From positions 3,072,001-3,136,000 of the forward strand of contig OZ241875.1 of assembly GCA_965203325.1 (NCBI GenBank): DNA of 64,000 bases, in the 5' to 3' direction. Each line of letters opens with the position of its first letter. The first letter of the stretch is position 1. The notes beneath the pieces were generated by a model. The model was not told the origin of the DNA. It saw only the letters and a list, made by a program, of their open reading frames with translations, and did no database searches. Positions 30,224-40,593 of the stretch are shown piece by piece. Made by a program: the position numbers and the translations under genes. Source of the stretch: a bacterium. Lineage in GTDB: Bacteria > UBA8248.

Positions 30224-31456
30224 ATGACGAAGCCATTAGAAGGCATCCGCGTCCTCGACCTGACGCAGTTTCTCTCGGGTCCGCAGGCCACGCTTTTTCT
30301 GGCGGGGATGGGGGCCGAGGTCATCCGAATCGACAATCCGGCCACGGGCGACCCGGTGGCCTATTCTCCTCCCTACATCGGCGAGAAGGGCGTCTCCTAC
30401 CATCCCCAGACAGATGAAGACCTGGGAATGGCTTACTTGAAGCGTACGCGCGCCAAAAAGGCGATTACCTTGAACATCAAGGACCCCCGGGGTCTCGAGA
30501 TGTTCTACGGGCTCGTGGATCAATCCGACATCCTGGTGGAGAATTTCTCCGTCGGCGTCACGAAAAGGCTCAAGATCGACTACGAGACGCTTCACGCGCG
30601 GAAACCCTCCCTGGTCTACTGCTCCATCACGGGCTACGGCCAGACGGGGCCGGATGCGGGCCTCAAGGGCTACGACGCCGTCTCCCAGGCGGCCTCGGGA
30701 CTCATGAACCTCACGGGATTCCCCGACGGCCCGCCCACCAAGGCGGGCTCCGCGCTCGGTGATAGCGTGGGCGGCACGTTCGCCTTCGGTGCCATCATGA
30801 CGGCGCTCTTTCACCGCGAGCGCACCGGGGAGGGCCAGCAGGTCGACATTTCGATGATCGACTGCATCTTTTCCCTGATCTTCGATGAGCCGATGGATTT
30901 TTACGAACAACTGGGCCTCCCGCCGCGCATCGGCAACCGCATCATGCGGCTCGCCCCGTTCAACGCCTATGAGACGAAAGACGGTTGGGTCATCATCGCC
31001 TCGGGCACCAACGCGCATTGGCACAACATACTGCGCGGCATCGAGCGCGCCGATCTGATCGGCGATGAACGATACGAGGACATGAGCCGGCGCGTGAGCA
31101 GAGTCGCGGAGGTTGACGCCATCATCACCGAATGGACGAAGCGCCGCGAGGCGAAAGAAGCGGTCTCCTCCCTGCGCGCGCAAGACGTCATCTGCGGGCC
31201 GGTGAACACCATCGAGGACATCCTCGCCTGGCCCCACATGCAGGAACGCGGGATGATAGTCGACATCGAACACCCCACCCTGGGAACCCTCAAAAGCGCG
31301 AAAGCCCCCGGTTTTCCCTTCAAGTTCAGCGAGATGGAGGGCGGCTACGCTGCCCCCGCCCCGCTCGTGGGCCAGCACAACGCGGAGATCCTCGGCGGTC
31401 TTCTCGGCGTATCGGACGCGGAGTTGAAAGAGCTGGCGGATGAGGGTGTGGTCTAG
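30224..31456 (+). CDS. Family III CoA-transferase (CaiB/BaiF)
   Basis: PLEGIRVLDLTQFLSGP, VENF, ITGYGQTGP, ALGDSVGG, GEGQQVDISM. Confidence 0.92.
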   Translation: MTKPLEGIRVLDLTQFLSGPQATLFLAGMGAEVIRIDNPATGDPVAYSPPYIGEKGVSYHPQTDEDLGMAYLKRTRAKKAITLNIKDPRGLEMFYGLVDQSDILVENFSVGVTKRLKIDYETLHARKPSLVYCSITGYGQTGPDAGLKGYDAVSQAASGLMNLTGFPDGPPTKAGSALGDSVGGTFAFGAIMTALFHRERTGEGQQVDISMIDCIFSLIFDEPMDFYEQLGLPPRIGNRIMRLAPFNAYETKDGWVIIASGTNAHWHNILRGIERADLIGDERYEDMSRRVSRVAEVDAIITEWTKRREAKEAVSSLRAQDVICGPVNTIEDILAWPHMQERGMIVDIEHPTLGTLKSAKAPGFPFKFSEMEGGYAAPAPLVGQHNAEILGGLLGVSDAELKELADEGVV

Positions 31457-31527
31457 GGGGTCGATTCCGAGCGAGAAGCGAGGAATTGCGAACCGATGCG
31501 TTTCTCATCCGCAGCAAACGCTCTTTC

Positions 31528-31916
31528 CCCGGGGTTGTCGAAAAACCTCCCTCTTCGGCGGGGGCATCGCCTTTATCCCCTTGAGGGGGGTTGTTGAAAA
31601 AGCCCCTCGATGTGGGAAAACCACCGTCATTCCGGCGAAAGCCGGAATCCATTATATGATTTTTGTTTTCGTTTTCGCTTTTGACTCCGGCTCGAGGGAA
31701 GGAGCGCCGCGCCCGAATTCGGAACGGATGAGGCGAATTTATATGGCGGCGTCCAAATCTTCCCCGGTCGGGAGAGAGAGCGTCCGGGCGAAAGGCCAAA
31801 GACAAAGCCGAAAATGGATTCCGGCTTTCGCCGGAATGACGAACAAAGGCGAAGGTTAATCTCAATCGAAGCGAGGCTATTTCAGTAAGCCCCTCAAGGG
31901 GTTGTTGAAAAACTCC
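31528..31916. repeat. Composite repeat cluster: CGTC inverted pair and three GGGGTTGT(T/C)GAAAAA motifs
   Basis: CGTC units at 31624-31651 and 31815-31841; motifs near 31531, 31587 and 31897. Confidence 0.85.
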
Positions 31917-32166
31917 GAAAAGAAGAGGTTGACCTGACGGAACAGGCCCGCCGATTCTTGCCTGCGCAAGGCCAGGGCGCGGGGCGTGAACATGGAGTTT
32001 CACCTCTTCGAGGGCCGGGCGCACAACCTCTCGCGCAAGGAGAGGGCGCGGCGGCTGATTCTCGATTTTCTCAGCCGTCACCATAGGGCCGAATAAAGGC
32101 GGCATCGCCCGTACCCCTGTGATAGGATGCTCGATATCGCAAACTTGAAGCTGGAGGCTCATCTTC

Positions 32167-33153
32167 ATGCGGATCTGTACGTTCAGCCTGGCGGGCGAGG
32201 CGCGCATCGGCGTGTTGTTCGGGGAGAAAATCGCCGATCTGAAACTGGCCTGCGCCCTGTCGCTGGATGAGGAAACAGCGGCGGAGGCCATGGATCGCGT
32301 CGAGGCCGAGGTTCCCGATGATTGCGAGGAGTTCATCGAGGATCTGGAACTGAACCGCCCTCTCGCCGAGGAGGCTCTCGAAGCGATCGAGGCGCATTCG
32401 GGCAAAAAAGACCCGATCCGCTTCGACGGGATGCAGGTGGTCTATGAACCCGATGAAGTCGAGATTCTCCCTCCCGTCGTGCCGGACACGCTGTTTTGCA
32501 TGGCGAGGAACTACGTGGCCCATGCCGCCGAGATGGCGCGCACCGAAGTGGATGATTTCAAGGAGGAACTCCCGCTTTATTGTTTCCTGAAGCCCGCCAC
32601 CTGCGTGAGCGGCCCGTATGAGGACGTGCCCGTCTATCCCTCGATGGAAAAGCTCGACTACGAACTCGAACTCGGCGTGCTCATCGGCCAGGGCGGCAAG
32701 AACATTCCGGTGGAAAGGGCCATGGACCACGTGGGCGGCTACACCCTGTTCAACGACATGAGCGACCGCACGAGCCTCAACATGGGCAAGTTCATCGACT
32801 GGTACGCCATGAAGGCCCCGGACGGCTTCGCCCCCATCGGCCCCTATATCCTGCTCCCCGAAGAGGGGCTCGACCCCCACGATTTGAGGCTCAAGCTCTG
32901 GGTGAACGGCGAACTGAGGCAAGACGCCACCACGGGCGACATGGTCTGGCGGGTCGCCGAGCAGGTATCGTATCTCTCGGGGATAGCGACCTTGCGGACG
33001 GGCGACATCATCGGCACCGGCTCTCCTGCCGGCAACGCCGCCTCGTGGGGGGAATATCTCCAGGCGGGCGACCTGATAGAGGGCGAAATCGAGGGTATCG
33101 GGCGCCAGGCTTTTCGAATCAAGAGTGAAAGCCCCGAATATACGCCGGGCTAG
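32167..33153 (+). CDS. Fumarylacetoacetate hydrolase family protein
   Basis: RNYVAHAAE, LDYELELG, NDMSDR, GDIIGTGSPAG. Confidence 0.9.
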   Translation: MRICTFSLAGEARIGVLFGEKIADLKLACALSLDEETAAEAMDRVEAEVPDDCEEFIEDLELNRPLAEEALEAIEAHSGKKDPIRFDGMQVVYEPDEVEILPPVVPDTLFCMARNYVAHAAEMARTEVDDFKEELPLYCFLKPATCVSGPYEDVPVYPSMEKLDYELELGVLIGQGGKNIPVERAMDHVGGYTLFNDMSDRTSLNMGKFIDWYAMKAPDGFAPIGPYILLPEEGLDPHDLRLKLWVNGELRQDATTGDMVWRVAEQVSYLSGIATLRTGDIIGTGSPAGNAASWGEYLQAGDLIEGEIEGIGRQAFRIKSESPEYTPG

Positions 33154-33247
33154 TTCTCCTGGCGGTTGATTCGCATCCGTTTGCGCATTAAGATTTTCGC
33201 ATCGATCAATGGAATTCCGAATCGCTGAAACCCGAGAGGGGACCCTC

Positions 33248-34615
33248 ATGAATCCAGCCATAGCCGAAGCCGAATCCCTGCGGACGATGGACAAGGAACA
33301 CGTCTGGCATCCGCTCATGAACCATTCCGGGATGGAGGAAAATCCCCTCGACGTCGTGGTCAAGGCCAGGGGTTCGACCATCCAGGACGCCTCGGGCAAG
33401 GAATACATCGACGCCATGGCGGGGCTTTGGTGCGTGAACATCGGCTACGGGCGCGACGAGGTGGCCAAGGCGGCCTACGAGCAGATGTTGGAATTGGCCT
33501 ATTACCCGCTGACGCAGGTGAACCCGCCCGCGGCGAGGCTTGGCCAAAGGCTCGCTTCCTTGCTGCCCGAGGGCGTCGAGCGCGTCTGGTTCGTCAATTC
33601 CGGCTCAGAAGCCGTGGACACGGCCATCAAGATCGCCCGCGCCTATGGACGCTTAAACGGCGGGAGGCGATACAAGGTCATCGCCCGCCACCAAGGCTAT
33701 CACGGGGCGACCATCGGAGGCGCCAGCCTCACCGGCCAGACGCTCCGGCGCGCGATGTTCGAGCCGCTGCTCCCGGGCGTGATTCACGTGAGCGCGCCCT
33801 ATTTCTACCGAAGCAACGCGGATACCGAGGAAGAACTCGCCCGCCGGTGCGCGGACGAGTTGGATGAGGTCATCCGCTACGAAGACCCCGAGACCGTGGC
33901 GGCGTTCATCGCGGAGCCCGTCATCGGCGGCGGCGGGGTGATTCCCCCGCCAGCGGATTACCTGAAGCGCATGCGCGAGGTGTGCCGGAACCACGGCGTG
34001 TTGTTCATCGCCGATGAGGTCATCACAGGATTCGGGCGGACGGGGCAGCTCTTCGCCTCGGACCTCTACGAGATCGAGCCGGACATCATGACGATGGCCA
34101 AGGGGCTGAGCAGCGCCTATCTGCCCATCGGGGCGACGGCGACCACGAACGAGATATTCGAGGCCTTAAACGCCGAGGGCGACACCGGGTTCCTGCAGAT
34201 AAACACCTACGGCGGGCACCCCGTCGCCTGCGCGGCGTCGCTCAAGAACCTCGAGATCATGATGGACGAGGAATTGCCCGCGCGCGGCGCCAAGGTGGGC
34301 GCATATCTCGGCGGGCTTTTGGGCAAGCTCTCCGACATCCCCTGCGTGGGCGACGTGCGGGGCGTGGGCCTTATCTGGGGCGTGGAGTTGATAGAAGAGA
34401 GCGGCGCGCCGCTCTCCACGGCGGCCACGGCGAAGGTGCTGGCATACGCGAAGGAGCAAGGCGTGATCTTCGGCAAGAACGCCGGCATCGCGGCGGGCCC
34501 TTCGAACACCGTCACCATCAGCCCGCCGCTGGTCTTGACCGAAGAGGAAGCCGAGCGCGCCGCCTCCGCTCTCGACACCGCCCTGCGCCGCGTTCAGGCG
34601 GAGAGCGGAGCCTGA
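33248..34615 (+). CDS. Class III PLP aminotransferase (omega-amino acid type)
   Basis: DAMAGLWCVNIGYG, SGSEA, YHG, DEVITGFGRTG, AKGLSSAYLP. Confidence 0.92.
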   Translation: MNPAIAEAESLRTMDKEHVWHPLMNHSGMEENPLDVVVKARGSTIQDASGKEYIDAMAGLWCVNIGYGRDEVAKAAYEQMLELAYYPLTQVNPPAARLGQRLASLLPEGVERVWFVNSGSEAVDTAIKIARAYGRLNGGRRYKVIARHQGYHGATIGGASLTGQTLRRAMFEPLLPGVIHVSAPYFYRSNADTEEELARRCADELDEVIRYEDPETVAAFIAEPVIGGGGVIPPPADYLKRMREVCRNHGVLFIADEVITGFGRTGQLFASDLYEIEPDIMTMAKGLSSAYLPIGATATTNEIFEALNAEGDTGFLQINTYGGHPVACAASLKNLEIMMDEELPARGAKVGAYLGGLLGKLSDIPCVGDVRGVGLIWGVELIEESGAPLSTAATAKVLAYAKEQGVIFGKNAGIAAGPSNTVTISPPLVLTEEEAERAASALDTALRRVQAESGA

Positions 34616-34666
34616 TGCGATAGCCGATAATCCGGTCTTATTCGCTATCCTTTTGGGAGATTTCAT

Positions 34667-35338
34667 ATGTCCAACATCACGATGCTCGACATCGAGGATC
34701 TGAAGAAGACGAAGCTGGCGCCGTTCGTGAACAAGGCGCTCAAACACCGCGCGCCCGACCCCGCCTTTCACGCCATGCAGGGCCACAACGAGGATTTGGC
34801 GAAGTCGATGTACCTCGCGTGGGGTACGGTGTTCAACACCGGCGTCATCGACCACAAGCTCAAGGAGATCATCCGCGTTCAGCTCTCGCGCCGCGCCTTT
34901 TGCAACTACTGAGGGAACGTGCGCTCTGCTTCGGCGAAGCAGGCCGGCCTGACGGAAGAGATGATAGACGAGGGCATCGACAACTGGCGCGAGAGTGAGC
35001 TTTTCACCGAAGCCGAAAAACTCGCGCTCGAATACAGCGAACTCATGGATTCGGAACCCGAGAAGATTGACGAGGCCTTCTACGCGAGGCTTCGCGAGCA
35101 CTACTCGGATGAGGAGATCGTGGAACTCGGCTCCTTCATCGGCTTCAACGTGGGCTACCACACCTTTTTCAGGACGCTCGATTTCTACCCCATGTTCACC
35201 CCCGACGGGCGGCTGGTGAGTCAGGAGGAATCGCGCCGCGTCTACGGCGATTGCCCCGTCTCGCACATGAGCGGGCCGCTTGAGCGCGCGCTCGAAGAGG
35301 GCGAGGCGCAACAGGCAGGCGGAAGCCAGGAGGGGTAG
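34667..35338 (+). CDS. AhpD/carboxymuconolactone decarboxylase-like selenoprotein, 223 aa, CxxU (Sec82, TGA 34910-34912)
   Basis: ORFs 34667-34912 and 34919-35338 share a frame; LKEIIRVQLSRRAFCNY-U-GNVR aligns without gaps to the adjacent paralog; perfect hairpin follows. Confidence 0.92.
34926..34942 (+). promoter_or_regulatory. Candidate bacterial SECIS hairpin
   Basis: CTGCTTC[GGC]GAAGCAG, perfect 7-bp stem; G-initiated loop 21 nt after TGA. Confidence 0.75.
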
Positions 35339-35340
35339 CC

Positions 35341-35946
35341 ATGCCGATCATCGAGCCGCTCGAACCCGAAGGAATTGAAGAGAAGAACTGGAAGCGCGTC
35401 ATGGAGCGCACCGCCGAGACCCAGGCGCCCGATGCGCTTTTCTCGCGCGTGATGGCGCATGCGCCCGGTTACGCCGGACCCCTGCACGACGCCATGCACC
35501 GCTCCCACGCCATGGGCGGGGTGGAGCACAAGCTCAAGGAGATGATTCGCATCCAGCTCGCCAGGACCGCGCAGGACACCTACTTCGCGAACCTGCGCTC
35601 CGAGCAGGCGAAAAAAGAAGGTCTGACGGAAGAACGCATCGAGGCCGCCTGCGGCGATTTCGAGAACGACCCGCAGTTCACCGAAGCCGAGAAGTGGGCG
35701 CTCCGCTATTCCTACTGGATGTACCGGGACGCCGCGAAGCTCGACAAGGAATTCTACGACGAAGGCAAGAAGCACTTTTCAGAAGCCCAGATCATGGAGA
35801 TCGGCGCGATGGTGGCGATTCACTATGGTTTCCAGGTCTTCATGCGCACGCTCAAGGCTTATCCCTTGCACGATCCCGAGGGAAACCCGGTGACGCAGGC
35901 GCAGTCCGAGCAGATTTACGGTGAAGACGTGCCCCTGCCTTCTTGA
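35341..35946 (+). CDS. AhpD/CMD-like paralog lacking the redox motif (DTYF in place of CNYU)
   Basis: HKLKEMIRIQLAR, FTEAEKWALRYS, HFSEAQIMEIG, colinear with the upstream gene; GGAGGGG upstream. Confidence 0.85.
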   Translation: MPIIEPLEPEGIEEKNWKRVMERTAETQAPDALFSRVMAHAPGYAGPLHDAMHRSHAMGGVEHKLKEMIRIQLARTAQDTYFANLRSEQAKKEGLTEERIEAACGDFENDPQFTEAEKWALRYSYWMYRDAAKLDKEFYDEGKKHFSEAQIMEIGAMVAIHYGFQVFMRTLKAYPLHDPEGNPVTQAQSEQIYGEDVPLPS

Positions 35947-36000
35947 GTTTTTCTGTTGAGCGGAAAGTCCCCATGAATCGATGGAGGTGCGATGGTTTTG

Positions 36001-36270
36001 CAGGGGGTAAATGCGATGCCACCCGCAATCCCTCCCGCATGGGTTGAGGCCGTCCATAACACCGTCATTCCGGCATGCGCCGGAATGACGATCCGAGGCG
36101 AATGACGTGTATGCCTGTAGGGGCCGTTCGTGAACGGCCCTTGCCGGAGAAACGGGCGCTTCACGAAGCGCCCCTACGGGTTCGTTTCCAAACGCAAGAG
36201 ATGCGTAGGAGCGGGTTTTCTCCCACCCGGGCATCGCTTTGGAGTCGGACACCGAGGGTGGCCGGAATGA
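36001..36270. repeat. Repeat cluster: about 75-bp copy of 5207-5280, a collapsed CGTC palindrome and a GTAG doublet
   Basis: CGTCATTCCGGCATGCGCCGGAATGACG; GTAGGGGCCGTTCGTGAACGGCCCT; GGGCGCTTCACGAAGCGCCCCTAC. Confidence 0.8.
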
Positions 36271-36550
36271 TCGAATCGATGCGGTGAAGCCGGATCGCGC
36301 CGAACTCGTCAGTATCTCCGGTGAAAAAAATTCTTGAATCCCTCCCTCTCTCCATGCTCTAATGAGTGCGTCAGCACCACGACAGCGAACGTCCATGCCC
36401 GGAGGCGCGTATGCAGACCCACATTCCGCCTCGAACCGACCGCCATCTCGCGCGTCATGTTCCGCCCGCCTCCGTTGCAGCCCTACCCCCCGGCGCCATA
36501 GAAAATGCCTTTGAAAAACAAGCGGATTTCACCAGAATTGGAGCGAACCC

Positions 36551-37957
<1,407 letters not shown>

Positions 37958-38029
37958 GGCGGGAGAGTTGCCGACTATGGAGCTCTTGATTCTTGAAGCG
38001 TGATTCTTTCGTCGGGTACTCAGAAAGAT

Positions 38030-38059
38030 AAAAGCGCCCGCCGTCCCGCGGGCGTTTTT
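38030..38059. terminator. Probable bidirectional intrinsic terminator
   Basis: AAAAGCGCCCGC..GCGGGCGTTTTT between convergent genes. Confidence 0.65.
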
Positions 38060-38481
38060 CATGCGTGGGAATACAGAGTGAAATCCCTGTCGAGCCATAA
38101 GACATGGAACGTGGTTCTGTCTCGATATCCCACCATGGGGCGTCTGCCGAAAAAACGGAAAGCAAGGAGGTTCACCTCGTCCGTGATGTGTGGCGGCATC
38201 GATGCCTTGATTTGATTTCGAGGTATCTTTTCATATCCGGTTGCGTGTCTGTTCGAGCTCGCGATCTGATTCCAGGTCAATCGACTCAATTTGTCGAGGG
38301 TGTCGGCGAAGGCGGCTTTTTCGTCTCTTTGACAATTTTTCAGGGAATGTTCCCTTTGACTCAAATAGCGAAGCGAAAACTTGGGCGGGAGCGTTTGCGG
38401 GGAAACGCCGCGAGAAGAACCGGGTTTTATTCTCTCCCCTTTGTTCCTTCTGTCTTTGGGCCTAATCCGTCTCTTCCCCAT
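38059..38481 (-). CDS. Putative toxin (RelE-like), partner of the Panacea antitoxin
   Basis: Basic 140 aa protein with LTWNQI, GYEKI, AFRF..MVGYR..FHVLWLDRDFTLYSH; overlaps the upstream antitoxin. Confidence 0.65.
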   Translation of the reverse strand: MGKRRIRPKDRRNKGERIKPGSSRGVSPQTLPPKFSLRYLSQREHSLKNCQRDEKAAFADTLDKLSRLTWNQIASSNRHATGYEKIPRNQIKASMPPHITDEVNLLAFRFFGRRPMVGYRDRTTFHVLWLDRDFTLYSHA

Positions 38482-38914
38482 TTTCCATCTGGGCCTTGAA
38501 ATACGTTTTCATGGATCGGTTCGAGATGGCTTCCCTTTTCTCGGAAGCGACTCGCCAAGGCGCATCTTCGTGCGTCATGTTTCTCAGCTTCCAGGCCGAA
38601 AATTGTCCGTAGACGTCATAGACCTCATCGAGAAATTCCTTTTCTTCGTCGTTGAATTTGCTGAAATCCATGTTTTCGGGGTTCGGAATCGGAGCGGAGC
38701 CGTATTCCTTGTATTCCCGGAACAGGTTCGGGATGACGGGACCATACAGCCATGCCTCGATGCGGTCCTCGAACAGCGGCTCGTCATAAAGCGCCAGATG
38801 ATAGCCCTGCGCATAGTAGACGAGCTTTTGCAATTTCATGTTCGAGATCAGATCGCCCGCGTCCTCATCCTGAAGCGAGAGAAAATACTCGGCTACGTCT
38901 TTGCAGGTAAGCAA
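38462..38914 (-). CDS. Panacea-domain (DUF4065/GepA/SocA-like) antitoxin
   Basis: ISNMKLQKLVYYAQG, IEAWLYGPV, YGQFSAWKLRNMTHEDAPW; TTG start after GAGGA. Confidence 0.88.
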   Translation of the reverse strand: MLTCKDVAEYFLSLQDEDAGDLISNMKLQKLVYYAQGYHLALYDEPLFEDRIEAWLYGPVIPNLFREYKEYGSAPIPNPENMDFSKFNDEEKEFLDEVYDVYGQFSAWKLRNMTHEDAPWRVASEKREAISNRSMKTYFKAQMENGEETD

Positions 38915-38983
38915 TGGAGTTCCTCGAAAGAAAACAAGCATGGAATGAGGGGCGGTGTCCGCCCGGCGCGTATACGTCTGAAA

Positions 38984-39013
38984 ATTGTATATACCGCAAA
39001 AACGCCTTGTCAA
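38984..39013 (-). promoter_or_regulatory. Sigma70-type promoter of the Panacea TA operon
   Basis: TTGACA-18 nt-TACAAT on the minus strand. Confidence 0.6.
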
Positions 39014-39075
39014 CGAAAAGCGGAGGCGTTTCGTCGAACGCCCTCGCCGATGGTTTCCGAGCGGCTTTCTTCTCC

Positions 39076-39828
39076 TCACCCCAACCCGAAATACGCCTGG
39101 ATGCGTCGGGCCGCTTCCTGGGAGACGCCCGTCATCACCTCAGCCACGCGCTCGGGCGAAGTGTCCTCAATCACGCCGTACCAGCCCGATTCGTACATGT
39201 CGCGCACGTCCCTGGGGATGTAGTAGACCGCCGGGTCGCGCCGGGCCGCGTCGCTCTTGGCTCCGTGGTCCATGGGGGATGCGTCCGTGGCGAGTTCCAG
39301 GTGCGCGAGTTCGGGTCTGTCGGCGAGCACAGGCAGGACTTCGAGTTCTCCGCCGTGGGTGAGGCCCACCTTCTCTCCGTAGAGGTTCTTGGCGATGAAG
39401 TGCGCGTGAACGATGAGTATCCGCAAACCCTCGTGTGCGTTCTGGGCGTCTTCGGCGGCGATTTCCATCGCCGGCAGGTTGCGCTCGTGCCAGTTCAGGA
39501 ACACTACCTTCCGCGCCCCGTGCTGGTGGAGACTGCCGACGACGTCGCGCATCAGGCGGATCATGGTCTCGGAGCGAAGCGACACCGTGCCGCCGAAGCC
39601 CATGTGCAGGGGGGTGACGCCGAAGGGGCAGAAATCGACCAACAATCCGCCCGTGATGGCCGCGACCCGCCTCGCGAAAGATTCCGCCGCATAGTAGTCC
39701 GTCCCCATCGGCAGGTGGGCGCCGTGCTGCTCCACACTGCCCAAGGGAATGATGGCGAGGCCGGTTTCCTCCAAAATCTTCTCGGCCTCGGGGTTCGTCA
39801 TCTCCATCAGCGTGCGCGCTTTTTCCAT
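39076..39828 (-). CDS. Creatininase family amidohydrolase
   Basis: PLGSVEQHGAHLPMGTD, HMGFGGTVSL, HGGELE. Confidence 0.88.
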   Translation of the reverse strand: MEKARTLMEMTNPEAEKILEETGLAIIPLGSVEQHGAHLPMGTDYYAAESFARRVAAITGGLLVDFCPFGVTPLHMGFGGTVSLRSETMIRLMRDVVGSLHQHGARKVVFLNWHERNLPAMEIAAEDAQNAHEGLRILIVHAHFIAKNLYGEKVGLTHGGELEVLPVLADRPELAHLELATDASPMDHGAKSDAARRDPAVYYIPRDVRDMYESGWYGVIEDTSPERVAEVMTGVSQEAARRIQAYFGLG

Positions 39829-39832
39829 CGTT

Positions 39833-40258
39833 CTATGGCTCCTCGTCTTGCTCCTGAGCCGATGCGGGAAGCGGCCCTTTGGTTTCCATGAGTTCGATCA
39901 CCACCCCGTCGGGCCCCTGGAAGTAGAGGTATTTGAGGTGCGGCATGTCGTCTTCCTCGATGATGGGAACGCCGCGCCCGGTGAGGGTCGCGCGGGCGGC
40001 CTCGAGTTCTCCCTCGCCCACGTAGAAGCCGATGTGGTCGACGCCCAGCCGGGGGGTGCGGCCCGGCGGGTCGGGATTTTCTCCGGGCCGGACGCCCCGA
40101 ACGATGAGCATCCCGCCGCCGATCATGAGCTTGGTCTGGGGCGCTCCTTTGCGCTCGCGCGAGTCGACGACGCGCGCCCCCAGGATTTCGCGGTAGAAGC
40201 GCACCGCCTCGTCGTGGTCCGTATGGAGGATGTGCGCGTGCTCGTAGATGAGTTTCAT
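39833..40258 (-). CDS. VOC/glyoxalase family protein
   Basis: HAHI..AVRFYREILG, GVDHIGF, FQGPDGVVIELM. Confidence 0.85.
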   Translation of the reverse strand: MKLIYEHAHILHTDHDEAVRFYREILGARVVDSRERKGAPQTKLMIGGGMLIVRGVRPGENPDPPGRTPRLGVDHIGFYVGEGELEAARATLTGRGVPIIEEDDMPHLKYLYFQGPDGVVIELMETKGPLPASAQEQDEEP

Positions 40259-40593
40259 GGCGGTTCTTCTTTCAGGCGCGCCGGGAGGGCGCGCGCTCGA
40301 TAAAATTTTCCCGTTCGTGACTGAAGCCGGACGACCCGCATTCTGGCGCAAAAGACCCTTTTTTTGAAGAGAGGGCCGCGAATTTCGCCTCCCCTGGAGG
40401 CGGTGAAGCCCTGGAAGCGAGGCCGGTGGGACGTCGTCGCCGCACGCCGGGGAACGCCCGGTGCTTTGCGAATCGGGGCGAATCGTTGTATACACACTTC
40501 TTCCAACCCAACCCGGCCGCCAATGCGGGAAGGCTCGAGGAGGAGCCGGGCGGAGGGGTTTGGATGATCAACATCCCGCTGGAGGCAATTCCT

